Positions 9,741 through 20,000 of a DNA stretch of 20,000 bases are shown here, one piece after another. Position 1 is the stretch's first letter. Every line of letters begins with the position of its first letter. Source of the stretch: Pseudogymnoascus verrucosus. Its lineage: Eukaryota. The DNA is taken from assembly GCA_001662655.1 (NCBI GenBank), contig KV460290.1; one strand, 5' to 3'. The translations under genes were made by a program, and so were the position numbers. Below the pieces are notes generated by a model. The model did no database searches, was not told the DNA's origin, and saw only the letters and a list, made by a program, of their open reading frames with translations.

Positions 9741-11520
9741 ATGCGGGCTAGTCTGCCTGTTCCTGTACCTTCGTCGAGTTTATTGAGATTTCTCCAATTC
9801 CAATCAGAGGGCCGCTGTTTCTTCAGCGCAAACTCGCAAGGCTTCAACTTCGACCATGGATCACCACCAGGGCCGCAACAGCACACGGCGAAAAGACTAG
9901 GAGCGCCAAAGCCGTCGTCTTCACATCTATGGGCGCCCATACCGACACCAGCTACCTGCGAAGCAAGCCTTCTCAACCTCGACTTCCTCATCCCTCGGGT
10001 TACGCTGCCACCCGCGATACGACCCAGTATTAACTCCCCTCGACCTCTCGCCAAAGTCATAAGGCGAAGCGCGAAGCATTCAATAGGAGGATATAGATGT
10101 GCATCAGAGAGCCACAGTGCCGACTGGCTCAGGCGGGCGTTCGGGAGGAAGGTGAACCGCCGCCGACCTCTCAAGGGAGTGGAAGGCCCATACGGCGATG
10201 AAGGGGCTGAAGCTACGGCGTATGCCCTCGGGCGTACAATGTCTGCAAAAGCAGCAAACGAGCAGAAGCTGCGCTGCACTGAGTTCGACGAGAATGGCAA
10301 TGTTGTCTTAGTTAACGGGGAGTTCAAGAAGAGTGAGCTTATCGCCAAAGTACGTCATCCACCCTGACCTTAAGATACCCTCGGTCAAAGGACTAACAAA
10401 ATTATTAGTACGGATTATTGCCTAGAGATCTTCGAAAAATCGATTCGTCGCTGTTACCACATATCCTTGTGCGGCCCTCAGCTATCCTAATAAACCTCCT
10501 CCACCTCCGCTGCCTTATCAAGGCGAATCGAGTTCTTGTCTTCGACACATACGGCTCAACAGATTCATACACGCAGTCTGTATTCATGTATGATCTTGAA
10601 GGAAAGTTACGACAGAAACAGAACTCGCCCTCGGCTGGCGGGCTTCCTTACGAATTCCGTGCCCTCGAGGCAGTCCTCATATCTGTGACTTCAGGGCTTG
10701 AGGGGGAGTTCGAAACAGTACGCGGACCAGTTGTGCGCGTGCTGCGGGAATTAGAAGAGGATATCGACCGCGATAAGCTACGACACTTGCTTATTTATTC
10801 TAAGAAACTGGGTACCTTCGAACAGAAAGCTAAGCTTGTCAGAGACGCCATCGACGAGTTGCTTGAAGCCGACGATGATCTGGCTTCCATGTACTTGACT
10901 GAAAAGACGCATGATCTACTCAGAGGAGAGGATGACCATACGGAAGTTGAAATGCTACTCGAGTCTTACCACAAGGTGTGCGATGAGATTGTACAGGCGT
11001 CTGGCAATTTAGTCTCCAATATCAGAAACACCGAAGAGATGTGAGTAATATACCACTTCCTTTCAATAACAAACCCCTAACAATAAATAGAGTCAAGGCA
11101 ATTCTCGATGCCAATCGGAACGCGCTCATGCTTCTCGACCTGAAATTCTCCATCGGCACACTCGGTATCGGTTCAGGGGCCTTTATAGCGGCATTATACG
11201 GCATGAACTTGAAGAATTTCATCGAAGAATCCAACTTTGGGTTCCTCGGAATCTCTGGCTTTTCAGCCGTATTCGCTGCTATTGTCTGTGGCTACGGACT
11301 AACGAAGTTGAGAAAGGTGCAGAGAGTAAGTATGTGGGGTGAGGCCGGCAAGAGAGGCGCAAGGGGCAGCTGGAGAGCAATCGATGAGGAAACTGGGGCT
11401 GGCTTACTGGAGCGAAGCAGGCGCGCAAGGCTCTTGAAGGAAGATAAAGGGGGCTCTCTGCGGGAGGTTGTCGGAAATGTGAAACCTTTACCGCCTACAG
11501 TCATATTGAAGACTACATAG
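9741..11520 (+). CDS. MRS2: Mitochondrial inner-membrane Mg2+ channel, CorA/Mrs2/Lpe10 family; exons 9741-10349, 10409-11040, 11091-11520; 556 aa
   Basis: LRCTEFDENG...FKKSELIAK|YGLLPRDLRKID, LPYEFRALEAVL, DDDLASMYLT, LDANRNALM, TM1 ending in the YGMN signature, then TM2. R/S-rich presequence-like N-terminus. Introns 10350-10408 and 11041-11090. MRS2 versus LPE10 paralogy cannot be resolved by eye. Confidence 0.93.
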
Positions 11521-11991
11521 GCATAGATACAGGGGGGTGGCGCTAAAGTTGTTACTATGTATAAACAGCTCTGCAGGCGTTTTGTTAGAGCGGGGAATCT
11601 TCTCTGTTTGGATATGTTCACGCGCAGTTACGGCGCGTTTGGGGCCTTCGAATACCACCACTCTTGTAAACCATACCATATTAGTTATATCACCTTGGAA
11701 ATGTAAGATGATAACCAGACTTTGATTGTCTCGTCACTGACTGTCATCATATCCATATACGGCAATCATATACTGATCAACCAGAGATATATATTTGTTT
11801 TATTGGCAGGCATTTTCGGAAATAACTGCCGATACAATACGTCTTTACCCAATCCATGGGTTTCTTCTATCAAAAAGTTTGGACAGACACGAAATGACAT
11901 CACGCTTGTCAATTTGAGCCACTCACCAGCCACTTCGCGAGTAAGGCAGGACACCCCTGTACTAAGTCAGGGTCTCTGCCCGAAAGAAACG

Positions 11992-12101
11992 ACGTCACAC
12001 TCTACTCCAGTTATTTCTAGATTGTGCCAAACGCCACACTTTACCAAAATTGTCTGTGGGTCATCCAAATAAAATGCCACAATTTTACTACATTGACGTC
12101 A
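11992..12101. promoter_or_regulatory. CRE/ATF sites upstream of the microprotein gene
   Basis: Perfect palindrome TGACGTCA at 12094-12101 and ACGTCA at 11992-11997. A TATAA element near 12296-12300 precedes a CAA-rich leader. Confidence 0.45.
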
Positions 12102-12390
12102 TTGAAGTGGGATGCGCACACCGAAGAAGGAGTAATCTTGATTATCACTTTACCACGTTTCTCCAGACAGGTTCACATAGGGTACGATATCCACAGAGTG
12201 CCTGGGATGCATTCAAATCAGGAAAGTATTTAAGTGGAGGGTCGCCACTGTCGAAATTTTTGGATTTTCTCTTTCCATATCAACATCTCAAGTCTTATAA
12301 GTAAACGAACAACAGTTCAGCCTCAAAACATTCAAACACACAAACAAATCAATACCAACCTCCAACAAACAACCAAACAAATCATACAAA

Positions 12391-12656
12391 ATGGGTGCCG
12401 TCGTATCTTGCGTAAGTCAAATTCACACCTTTCAATTTTATAAATTTTAGATTTCTAACATATTTAATAGATCACCGGAATGTTCCGCGCTATTGGCGCC
12501 GGTCTCATGGCCATCGTTAACGGAATCGGAGCCATCCTCCAAGGCATCATCGGTGCCATCGTCGCATTCTTCGACGTCCTGATCTCATGCCTCACATGCG
12601 GACGCGGTGGTGGCAGGAGAAAGAGGAGCCACGGACGACACACAAGCACGATATAG
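12391..12656 (+). CDS. Spliced 68-aa hydrophobic microprotein (absent from the ORF track); exons 12391-12411, 12471-12656
   Basis: Strong start context CAAAATGG after a CAA-rich leader. Intron 12412-12470 GTAAGT...CTAAC...TAG, phase 0. C-ending codon bias. Product MGAVVSC|ITGMFRAIGAGLMAIVNGIGAILQGIIGAIVAFFDVLISCLTCGRGGGRRKRSHGRHTSTI. Confidence 0.9.
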
Positions 12657-13293
12657 GTCGTGAAGACAAGACAACGAGCGTGAACTTTTGAAGTAACATG
12701 AGCGCCACCATGGACCAGCAATATCAATCAGTGGTGGCGGAGAGCGTTGAGAAGCAAGACTTAATACCAACTCAAAGTGCAAGGAGCGGAGGATGCGGAG
12801 TCAAGGACAGGAATTCAATTAGTATCTGCGGCATTGTTTCAGATACCCGGCTTGTAGCTGCGGCTCGGTCATTAGTATAGATATCACGGCATAGAAATGA
12901 ACTTTTTTATCTGCTATATATTATTATGATAACTGTAAACTGTGAGAGCGTCTATTTACGATTTAGGTTATCAACTGAGACATTCTGAGACGTGGGGCTG
13001 TGGACCCAAACTAAGGACAAGCTTCGTATGTCATACATATTCTACTGTGGCTGGCTGATACCTTAAATATGCGAAGTCATTCACAGTACACAAGTAGTTT
13101 CAATAGAAAATGGGCAAAAGTTGGTTTGATTCGATGTTACAAGCTATAGAGTAATCCAAGCCTGTCCATTCCATCCCTCCGTCGAATGCGTCCCCATACT
13201 CGCCCTTACAGCTATTATAACATTTTCATTGCCGTCCGAAGTCGTGAATTAGGCCTTTCCCGGCCCTTCCAAGAATGAATCGAAGCTACCACT

Positions 13294-13554
13294 TTATTTC
13301 TTGTTCAGCTCAGCGGCTCTCTTCGCTCTGTCCTCCTTCGTCCCCTCTTGCTGGACCTGGAAGTCTTTTGGGATAGCCGGGCCTGGGTTTGCTTGGTGAT
13401 GTCTGATCTGAACCGGATCTCCCTTTGGCTCGGAGTCGTTGTGGACTGGGTGGCTGCTCGCTGTCGAGTCTGTCTTGGAGCTAGGATCTTTGGCAATCTG
13501 CTCGGTGATGGAACCGCCGGGGTTGTTATCATATTTGTTTGTTCCGGCAGGCAT
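13294..13554 (-). CDS. Small hydrophilic, likely disordered hypothetical protein, 86 aa
   Basis: ATG at 13554 in CATCATG context after a C/A-rich leader, with TATATAAG ~140 bp upstream. Product MPAGTNKYDNNPGG...HQANPGPAIPKDFQVQQEGTKEDRAKRAAELNKK. The longer 125-aa track version uses a non-ATG start inside the leader. Confidence 0.8.
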   Translation of the reverse strand: MPAGTNKYDNNPGGSITEQIAKDPSSKTDSTASSHPVHNDSEPKGDPVQIRHHQANPGPAIPKDFQVQQEGTKEDRAKRAAELNKK

Positions 13555-13687
13555 GATGGATGAGTGCTTTTTTAGTGTTGACAGGTTGGTTGATGACTTT
13601 TTAGTGGAAGATTTGAAATCAAATGGAGGCTGTAGTAGTAGTAGATGATTTAGAGAAGTCGTAAATAACAAACCTGAACTCCATCGC

Positions 13688-13802
13688 TGACGTTCTTATA
13701 TACCCTTTGAGTACCTGTGTAACAAGGGTGATGACGTCGTCATCCACGCCTCAAACTTGCGTGTCGTAGATTGAACAACGCGCTAAAGTGATAACACGTG
13801 AC
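13688..13802. promoter_or_regulatory. Divergent promoter between the 86-aa gene and RAD1: TGACGT (13688-13693), TATATA (13697-13702), ATGACGT (13731-13737), CACGTGAC (13795-13802)
   Basis: Motifs read directly. ATGACGT matches the Atf1/Pcr1-type CRE site, and GTCACGTG (minus strand) matches the bHLH/Cbf1-type E-box. Confidence 0.5.
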
Positions 13803-13952
13803 CACGGGATTATCACCGAGCTGTGACGCGAGGGCCAATGCTCAACTGAAAGAACCCCCGCGATTTCTGCCTAAGGAGTTGAATACCTGAGTTTCCAAGG
13901 AGGAATGCTTGACTACCTGCGGATAAGTAGAAGCCCACAATGAGCTTCGAAT

Positions 13953-16805
13953 ATGCCCTCCGAAAGCGATGACCAACCACAGCCGGTGAAGCTATCACTG
14001 CCACTGGTATGTGTGATAGCCCAGCTTACCTTTGCGCCGCTGACCATTATCTAGGAGTACCAGCAGGAGATCTTTAACGAACTCCGCACCGAAGATGAGC
14101 TCCTCATTCTGGCTCGGGGTTGCGGCCTTTTACGGATCGTGACGAATCTCCTACACTCTTACGACGCAGCTGGGAATAACCTCATACTTATCGTCGGGGC
14201 AGAAGATCGCGAAAATGGGTGGATTGGAGAGGCCCTGGCTGAACATGCAGCTATAAGCGGCTCCTCGAAAGCTCGAGGCCTTAGCGTCGTAAATACAGAC
14301 CTTATGAGCGTCGGCACCAGAGAGAGGATGTATGCGAACGGTGGCATATTCAGTATCACATCCCGGATCCTTGTGGTGGATTTATTGACGAGCTTGTTGG
14401 CGCCGGACACTATTACGGGCATCATCGTGCTCCATGCCGATCGTGTTGTTGCGACATCTACGGAGGCTTTCATTCTTCGAATATACAGGCAACAGAACAA
14501 AGATGGGTTCCTCAAGGCATTCTCCGACAACCCAGAGGCGTTCACCGTGGGCTTTGCTCCCCTTGCAACAATGATGAGAAACCTATTCCTTAGGAAGGCC
14601 TCGTTTTGGCCCCGTTATCAAGCCACAATACAAAGGTCACTTCAAGGCAAAAAGAAAGCAGAAGTTATCGAATTGGAAGTACCGATGACGGACGCCATGC
14701 GAGATATCCAAAACGCTATCATGGAATGTGTTGAAGCCAGCATTGGGGAGCTCAAGAAAGGAAATTCAGGGCTTGCAATGGAAGACTGGAATGTTGACCG
14801 GGCAATTCACAAGGCTTTCGATGCGATGGTCAGACGGCAGCTCGATCCAGTGTGGCACCGTGTCAGTAGGAAGACAAAACAGATAGTCAGCGATTTGACT
14901 GTACTCCGTGGACTGTTAGATGCCTTACTAACCTATGATGCTGTCTCATTTCTTCGTTATTTGGATACAGTTGTGGCTGTGCACTCGCCGCCTCCCGGCT
15001 CTACAAGACAAAATGTATCACCTTGGCTTTTCTTAGATGCAGCCCATACGATATTTGACACGGCCAAGCGACGAGTCTACACCGGCAAGTTAGATGGCAA
15101 AAGTTCCGCAAATGGAAATCTGGAGGGATCCCTTCGTCCCGTTTTAGAGGAACAGCCGAAATGGGGACAACTGGCTGAAACATTGGAAGAAATCGATCGG
15201 GACTTGTATTTCAATCCACAGATCCGGGATGACTCCAATGGCACCATTTTGATCATGTGCGCGGATACAGCAACATCCCGCCAGATAAAGGAGTACCTGC
15301 AGAGTATGCACGTTCCGACTGAGGACCAGGCCGAAGATGATGATTCAGAACCAAGGCCATCAGCGGCACATATGATGCGGAGTAAGCTAAGAGACTATCT
15401 CAGGTGGAAACCGGAATTTGCAAAAATAAGCTCGTCTCTATTTGGGGAGAACCAAAAATCCTTAAGTGAAGCTGGCGGCGGAAGAGGAGGGCCAAGCAGT
15501 TTCCGAGGAAAACCACCGCCAAACAAGAGAAGGCGAATTAGAGGAGGCGGAAGTAATATATCTACCTCTCATCGCGGGGCGGAAGGAAATGTTCAAATAG
15601 GAGAGGACAAGCCTTCTGAAGTCGCAACATTGCTGTCGGAAATCCGTCCAACAGATGCCGAGTCGATGCAAAAGGCCGAACCTGTCGTGGATCCCCTGGA
15701 TGTCACGGAGGACTTCTTTGAGCTATTTGATATGGACGAGCTGATTGTTGTTCATGCATATGATGGCGACATGGACGAGCACCTGTTGGAAGAAGTCAAA
15801 CCTCGATATATCATCATGTACGAGCCCGAACCAACATTCATCCGCCGCGTCGAGGTCTACCGCAGTTCACACAACGACCGCAATGTTAGATCATATTACA
15901 TGTGTTACGGCGGGTCCGTCGAGGAGCAGCGATTCCTGTCCGCGATCCGCAGAGAAAAAGATGCCTTCACACGGCTTATTAAGGAGAAGGCTAATATGTC
16001 GATTGTTATGACGGTCGATGCCCATGGGATTGAAGATCAGGAGGACGTATTTCTTCGGACTATCAACACTCGTATTGCGGGTGGTGGACGACTCGCCGCC
16101 ACAGCCACACCGCCGCGAGTTGTCGTCGATGTCCGCGAAGTCCGGTCTTCTCTGCCTTCGCTCCTCCACGGCCGAAATATGGTCATTGTGCCCTGCATGC
16201 TCACCGTCGGTGACTACATTCTATCACCGGATATATGTGTTGAGCGCAAGAGCATCAAAGATTTGATCTCCTCGTTTAAAGACGGGCGCCTTTACACCCA
16301 AGCGGAAACGATGCTCCAGCACTACAAATCGCCTATGCTGCTCATTGAATTCGACCATAATAAGTCCTTCATGCTCGAGCCCTTTGGTGATGTCCAAGGC
16401 TCAGCCCTGGCAGCCAATTCGTCGTCGGATCTCCAGTCCAAAATCGTTCTTCTCACCCTCGCCTTTCCGCGACTGCGCATCATCTGGTCCAGCAGTCCCT
16501 ACCAGACGGCCGAGATCTTCGAGAGCTTGAAGACGCAGCAGGCGGAGCCGGACCCGATTGCTGCTGTTAGGGTGGGATTGGATAAGGATATGAACGCCGA
16601 GGACCAGGTTTTCAATCGCGAGCCGCAGGACATGTTGAGGGTGGTGCCCGGGGTCACGAGTAAGAATCTGAAGAATCTGGTGCTGAAGGCGGGGAGTATT
16701 ATTGAAGTGTCTAATATGAGTGAAGCACAGCTGGCACCTATGGTGGGGAAGGAGGCGGGGAAGAAGATTCATAGGTTTTTCAACACGAATGTGTTGGATG
16801 GTTAG
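13953..16805 (+). CDS. RAD1: Nucleotide-excision-repair structure-specific endonuclease XPF/ERCC4 (S. cerevisiae Rad1, S. pombe Rad16); exons 13953-14006, 14055-16805; 934 aa
   Basis: VKLSLPL|EYQQEIF...ILARG, ITSRILVVDLL, FLKAFSDNP, LEEQPKW, FIRRVEVY, nuclease motif GDYILSPDICVERKSIKDL and a C-terminal HhH-like region. Intron 14007-14054 GTATGT...CTGAC...TAG. Confidence 0.97.
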
Positions 16806-17343
16806 ATAATGGTTTAGATTCGAATCTATCATATGGACCCCGATGCCGCAACCCCAAAATATACATCAAAAATATAGCTTTTAAAACGTATGCCAAATTT
16901 GACATAGTACGTAGTTCTTAAAGCCTTGCTTTTGTGTCAAAACCAGAAGTTAACAATTCACATGACCCGGATTTTGGAGATAATCTATATGCCTTGTCTA
17001 GCCGGGCGAAGTTGGAGAATAAACGCGCGGAACAGCTCCGCGAGAGCATTTGGGGTAAGCTACAACTCAAAAGAGCCATATTATAGGATAATTCAGACAT
17101 GGAGAAAGACGTCTGATGTGAGACAGCCGTTAGAGCCATACAAGAGCCAGCTATCCTGCCTTCGGCGTTAGAAACGTGCCTAGTTTCTCCGTTCCCCTCG
17201 TTGCTGAATAATTCTACGAACCCCTCTTCCAGCCGCCAGGATAGTCATTCATTCACTTGAATTGAATACCTTCACACAGATTATTACTTATACTTCTTAT
17301 TATACCCCTTTGTCGTTAAACAGCAAAATCAACTCATATCACA

Positions 17344-17731
17344 ATGTCTACCGCCAAGCCCATACGCCGCGTCACCCTCTTCAAGATCCCCACGGAAGAG
17401 GGTCAAGAGCAGCTCCTTGCGAAATACCGCGACATGCCTCAAAAAGCACTCAAGGTATTTCCACCCAACTCCCTATCCCACTTACATCGAATCCAAGAGC
17501 TAACGGGGCCCTCAGGACGGCGCACCATACATCCTCGACATCCAAGCCGGCAAGACGTTCCCCGACCAGCGGGCTCAGGGCTTCACTCTGGTCGCTTCAA
17601 CGGTCTTCAAGAACAAGGAGGATATGTTGTTCTACGACAATGAGTGCGCAGGGCACGCGGATCTCAAGAAGGTGGCTATGGCTGTACACCAGGGCGTCAT
17701 GATGGTGTATTTCGAGAGCATCTTTGATTAG
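17344..17731 (+). CDS. Stress-responsive A/B barrel (Dabb) domain protein; exons 17344-17454, 17516-17731; 108 aa
   Basis: IRRVTLFKIP...ALK|DGAPYILDIQAG...DQRAQGFTLV...FKNKEDMLFYDNECAGHADLK is the typical fungal Dabb pattern. Intron 17455-17515 GTATTT...CTAAC...CAG, phase 0. Confidence 0.88.
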
Positions 17732-18313
17732 AGGGAGTGGGAGTGTGCAAAGTGAAGGCCGATGGACGGAGTAGTTGCGGAATAGGACCTCAGTCAGGAA
17801 CGGGGTTAGTGTAGATATGTCTGCAGAGCACAGATTACAATTGATGATTTCCCCATATTCTGTATCCGTGTATTTTTATTTCAGGATTTATCATGATTGC
17901 TAAATGAATAGCCGTGGAAAGTGAGTTTCCGGCAGTGGATACAACCCCATAGTTTGCCCTGTGGAAGTTGGGGATGTATCTTGTACCCCGCACCCGCCGC
18001 ATGCGGAATTACAATGGCCATTCCGCGCTTTTCCGCCATCCCGTCATCGAATGGCTATGCCGCGCTAACCCCGCGACCCTCCCGAGCTCCAAGCCAAGGA
18101 TCCATTGATGGAGAAGGCTATAGTATGATAACAGTAATATTTCCCCTCAGATAACTTGTACCTTCTTCAAAATCAATTATTCAAGTAATAATCACATTGC
18201 CTGGCGATACGAATTTCAGATTTTGAAGAGAGCCTTGCTGCAACAAACACAAATTGAGTTGGAGCGATATAACAAGCTGTTTGACAGTGCAGATCTCCCG
18301 CCAGGCCTTCAAT

Positions 18314-19702
18314 ATGCCGGTCACTGCATTTAAGGATGAGGAAAAGTACTCATATCAGAATGGATTTGGTTCATACCATGAGTAAGGATTCGTCTTATTA
18401 TGGAATCGAACCCAAATGAACTAACTGGATTGCAGATCAGAAGCCATCGAAGGAGCATTGCCCATAGCTGCGAACTCACCACAAAAGCCGCCGTACGGCC
18501 TCTACGCAGAGAAGCTTTCCGGCACAGCTTTCACAGCTCCCCGTCACGAAAATCTGCAGTCATGGCTATACCGAATCCTCCCCGCCGCCTCACACAGCGA
18601 CTTTGCCGCATACAAAGGTGCAATTGAGACCACATCCCAATCCCCACTTCACCAAATCCCCAACCAGCTCCGTTGGAACCCTTTCGACATGGACGAGACA
18701 AAAGATTGGGTACACTCTCTCAAGCACCTCGGCGGCGCCGGTTCCCCAGCCATGAAATCCGGTCTGGGTATCCTCATCTTCGCCGCCGGCAAGGACATGG
18801 GCAACGAAGCATTCTACTCCGCCGACGGCGACTTCCTCATCGTCCTCCAGCACGGAGTCCTCGACATCCAAACCGAACTTGGCCGCATCCTCGCCCGCCC
18901 CAACGAAATCGTCGTGATTCCCCGCGGCGTCCGATACCGCGTCACCCTCCCCGCCGGCCCCGTCCGCGGTTATATCCTCGAGCTATACCAGGGCCACTTC
19001 CAGCTCCCCGAGCTCGGTCCCATCGGATCTAACGGCCTTGCGAATGCGCGCGACTTCCAAGCCCCCGTCGCTGATTTCCAAGAGGATACCTCCAGCGCCT
19101 GGACCATCTACTCCAAGTTTGACGGAAACCTCTTCACTGCCTCCCAGAACCACACACCCTTCGACATCGTCGCCTGGCACGGAACCTACTACCCCTACAA
19201 GTACGACCTCGGGCGCTTCAACACCATCGGCAGCACCAGCTTCGACCACCCCGACCCGAGCATTTTCACCGTGCTTACCGGCCCATCCGACCACGTCGGC
19301 ACCGCCATCGCTGATTTCGTCATCTTCCCCCCTCGCTGGCTCGTGCAGGAAGACACTTTCCGCCCGCCCTGGTTCCACCGCAACACCATGTCCGAGTTCA
19401 TGGGTCTGATCACAGGAGACTACGATGCCAAAGAGGGAGGTGGGTTTAGGCCCGCGGGCGCAAGTCTGCATAATGTGATGAGTGCGCATGGGCCTGATGC
19501 GGCGACGCATGAGAAGGCGAGCGGGGCGGCGCTGGCGCCGATGAAGGTGGGAGAGGGGAGCATGGCGTTTATGTTTGAGAGTAGTCTGATGATTGGGGTA
19601 TCGGAGTGGGGGCTGAGGGAGTGTGAGAAGGTGCAGCCGGATTATAATGAGAAGTCATGGGAGGCACTGAAGGTGAATTTCAAGAGGCCGGAGGGGAAGT
19701 AG
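18314..19702 (+). CDS. hmgA: Homogentisate 1,2-dioxygenase; exons 18314-18381, 18436-19702; 444 aa
   Basis: [69 protein letters not shown], and Fe ligands in [13 protein letters not shown] and SAHGPD. Intron 18382-18435 GTAAGG...CTAAC...CAG. Confidence 0.98.
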
Positions 19703-20000
19703 GGGGTGTGTTCGTAGGTATCCTCAATATTTGGATTTTTAGTGTTAGCTATTGTAAAGAATGAATATTCATTATTCTCATGCATAGCTGGAGTACAGTT
19801 TTCGGTGTTAGCATGGGCTTGCTTCGTCTTCCGCTTTACAGAAGCGGTGACTTCTTATCTTCGACAAAAAAATACAACATATAGAACGATTTCCTTTCTA
19901 CGCCCTGTGTATCATCATGCGTATATGTCTCGTAATCACATAAACCAAGCCCTCTTCGTCACTGTCGCTTAGAAACCTTTATATATGTTCCGGCCCAACC

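Noticed and set aside
11537..12443. Short ORFs of 60-116 aa between MRS2 and the microprotein gene
   Set aside because: No codon bias or motifs, mostly non-ATG starts, and the region reads as 3' UTR plus promoter.
12698..12880. 60-aa ORF just downstream of the microprotein
   Set aside because: It lies in the probable 3' UTR with no promoter space or recognisable features. It cannot be fully excluded without Ribo-seq.
18590..19510. Several overlapping ORFs on both strands within hmgA
   Set aside because: They are explained by the extreme C-ending codon bias of hmgA.
1..20000. Mobile elements, CRISPR arrays, tRNA/rRNA genes, TPP riboswitch
   Set aside because: I saw no transposase or RT ORFs, TIR/LTR pairs, spaced repeats, cloverleaf A/B boxes or riboswitch consensus by eye. 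A covariance-model search would be needed to exclude small ncRNAs.

Overview
This is gene-dense eukaryotic DNA from a filamentous ascomycete, judged by short GT-AG introns with CTRAY branch points and by the Pezizomycotina-type proteins. I reconstructed 12 protein-coding genes by hand, and every spliced model keeps frame. In order they are a C-factor-like SDR (-), CHS5 (-), an uncharacterised basic protein (-), eIF1A (+), LAS17/WASP (-), an AT-hook/F-box-like hypothetical (+), an MRS2-family Mg2+ channel (+), a spliced 68-aa microprotein missing from the ORF track (+), an 86-aa hydrophilic protein (-), RAD1/XPF (+), a Dabb-barrel protein (+) and hmgA (+). I saw no transposon, CRISPR array, tRNA or rRNA. 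Most of the window is ordinary housekeeping content. The best leads are (1) the 3302-3895 protein, whose motif spacing resembles the bacterial RNase P protein RnpA, making it a candidate mitochondrial RNase P subunit, and (2) a convergent pair of small genes with CRE/ATF sites upstream, one encoding a putatively lipidated amphipathic microprotein with 11-residue periodicity. All family assignments come from motif recognition, not from database searches.
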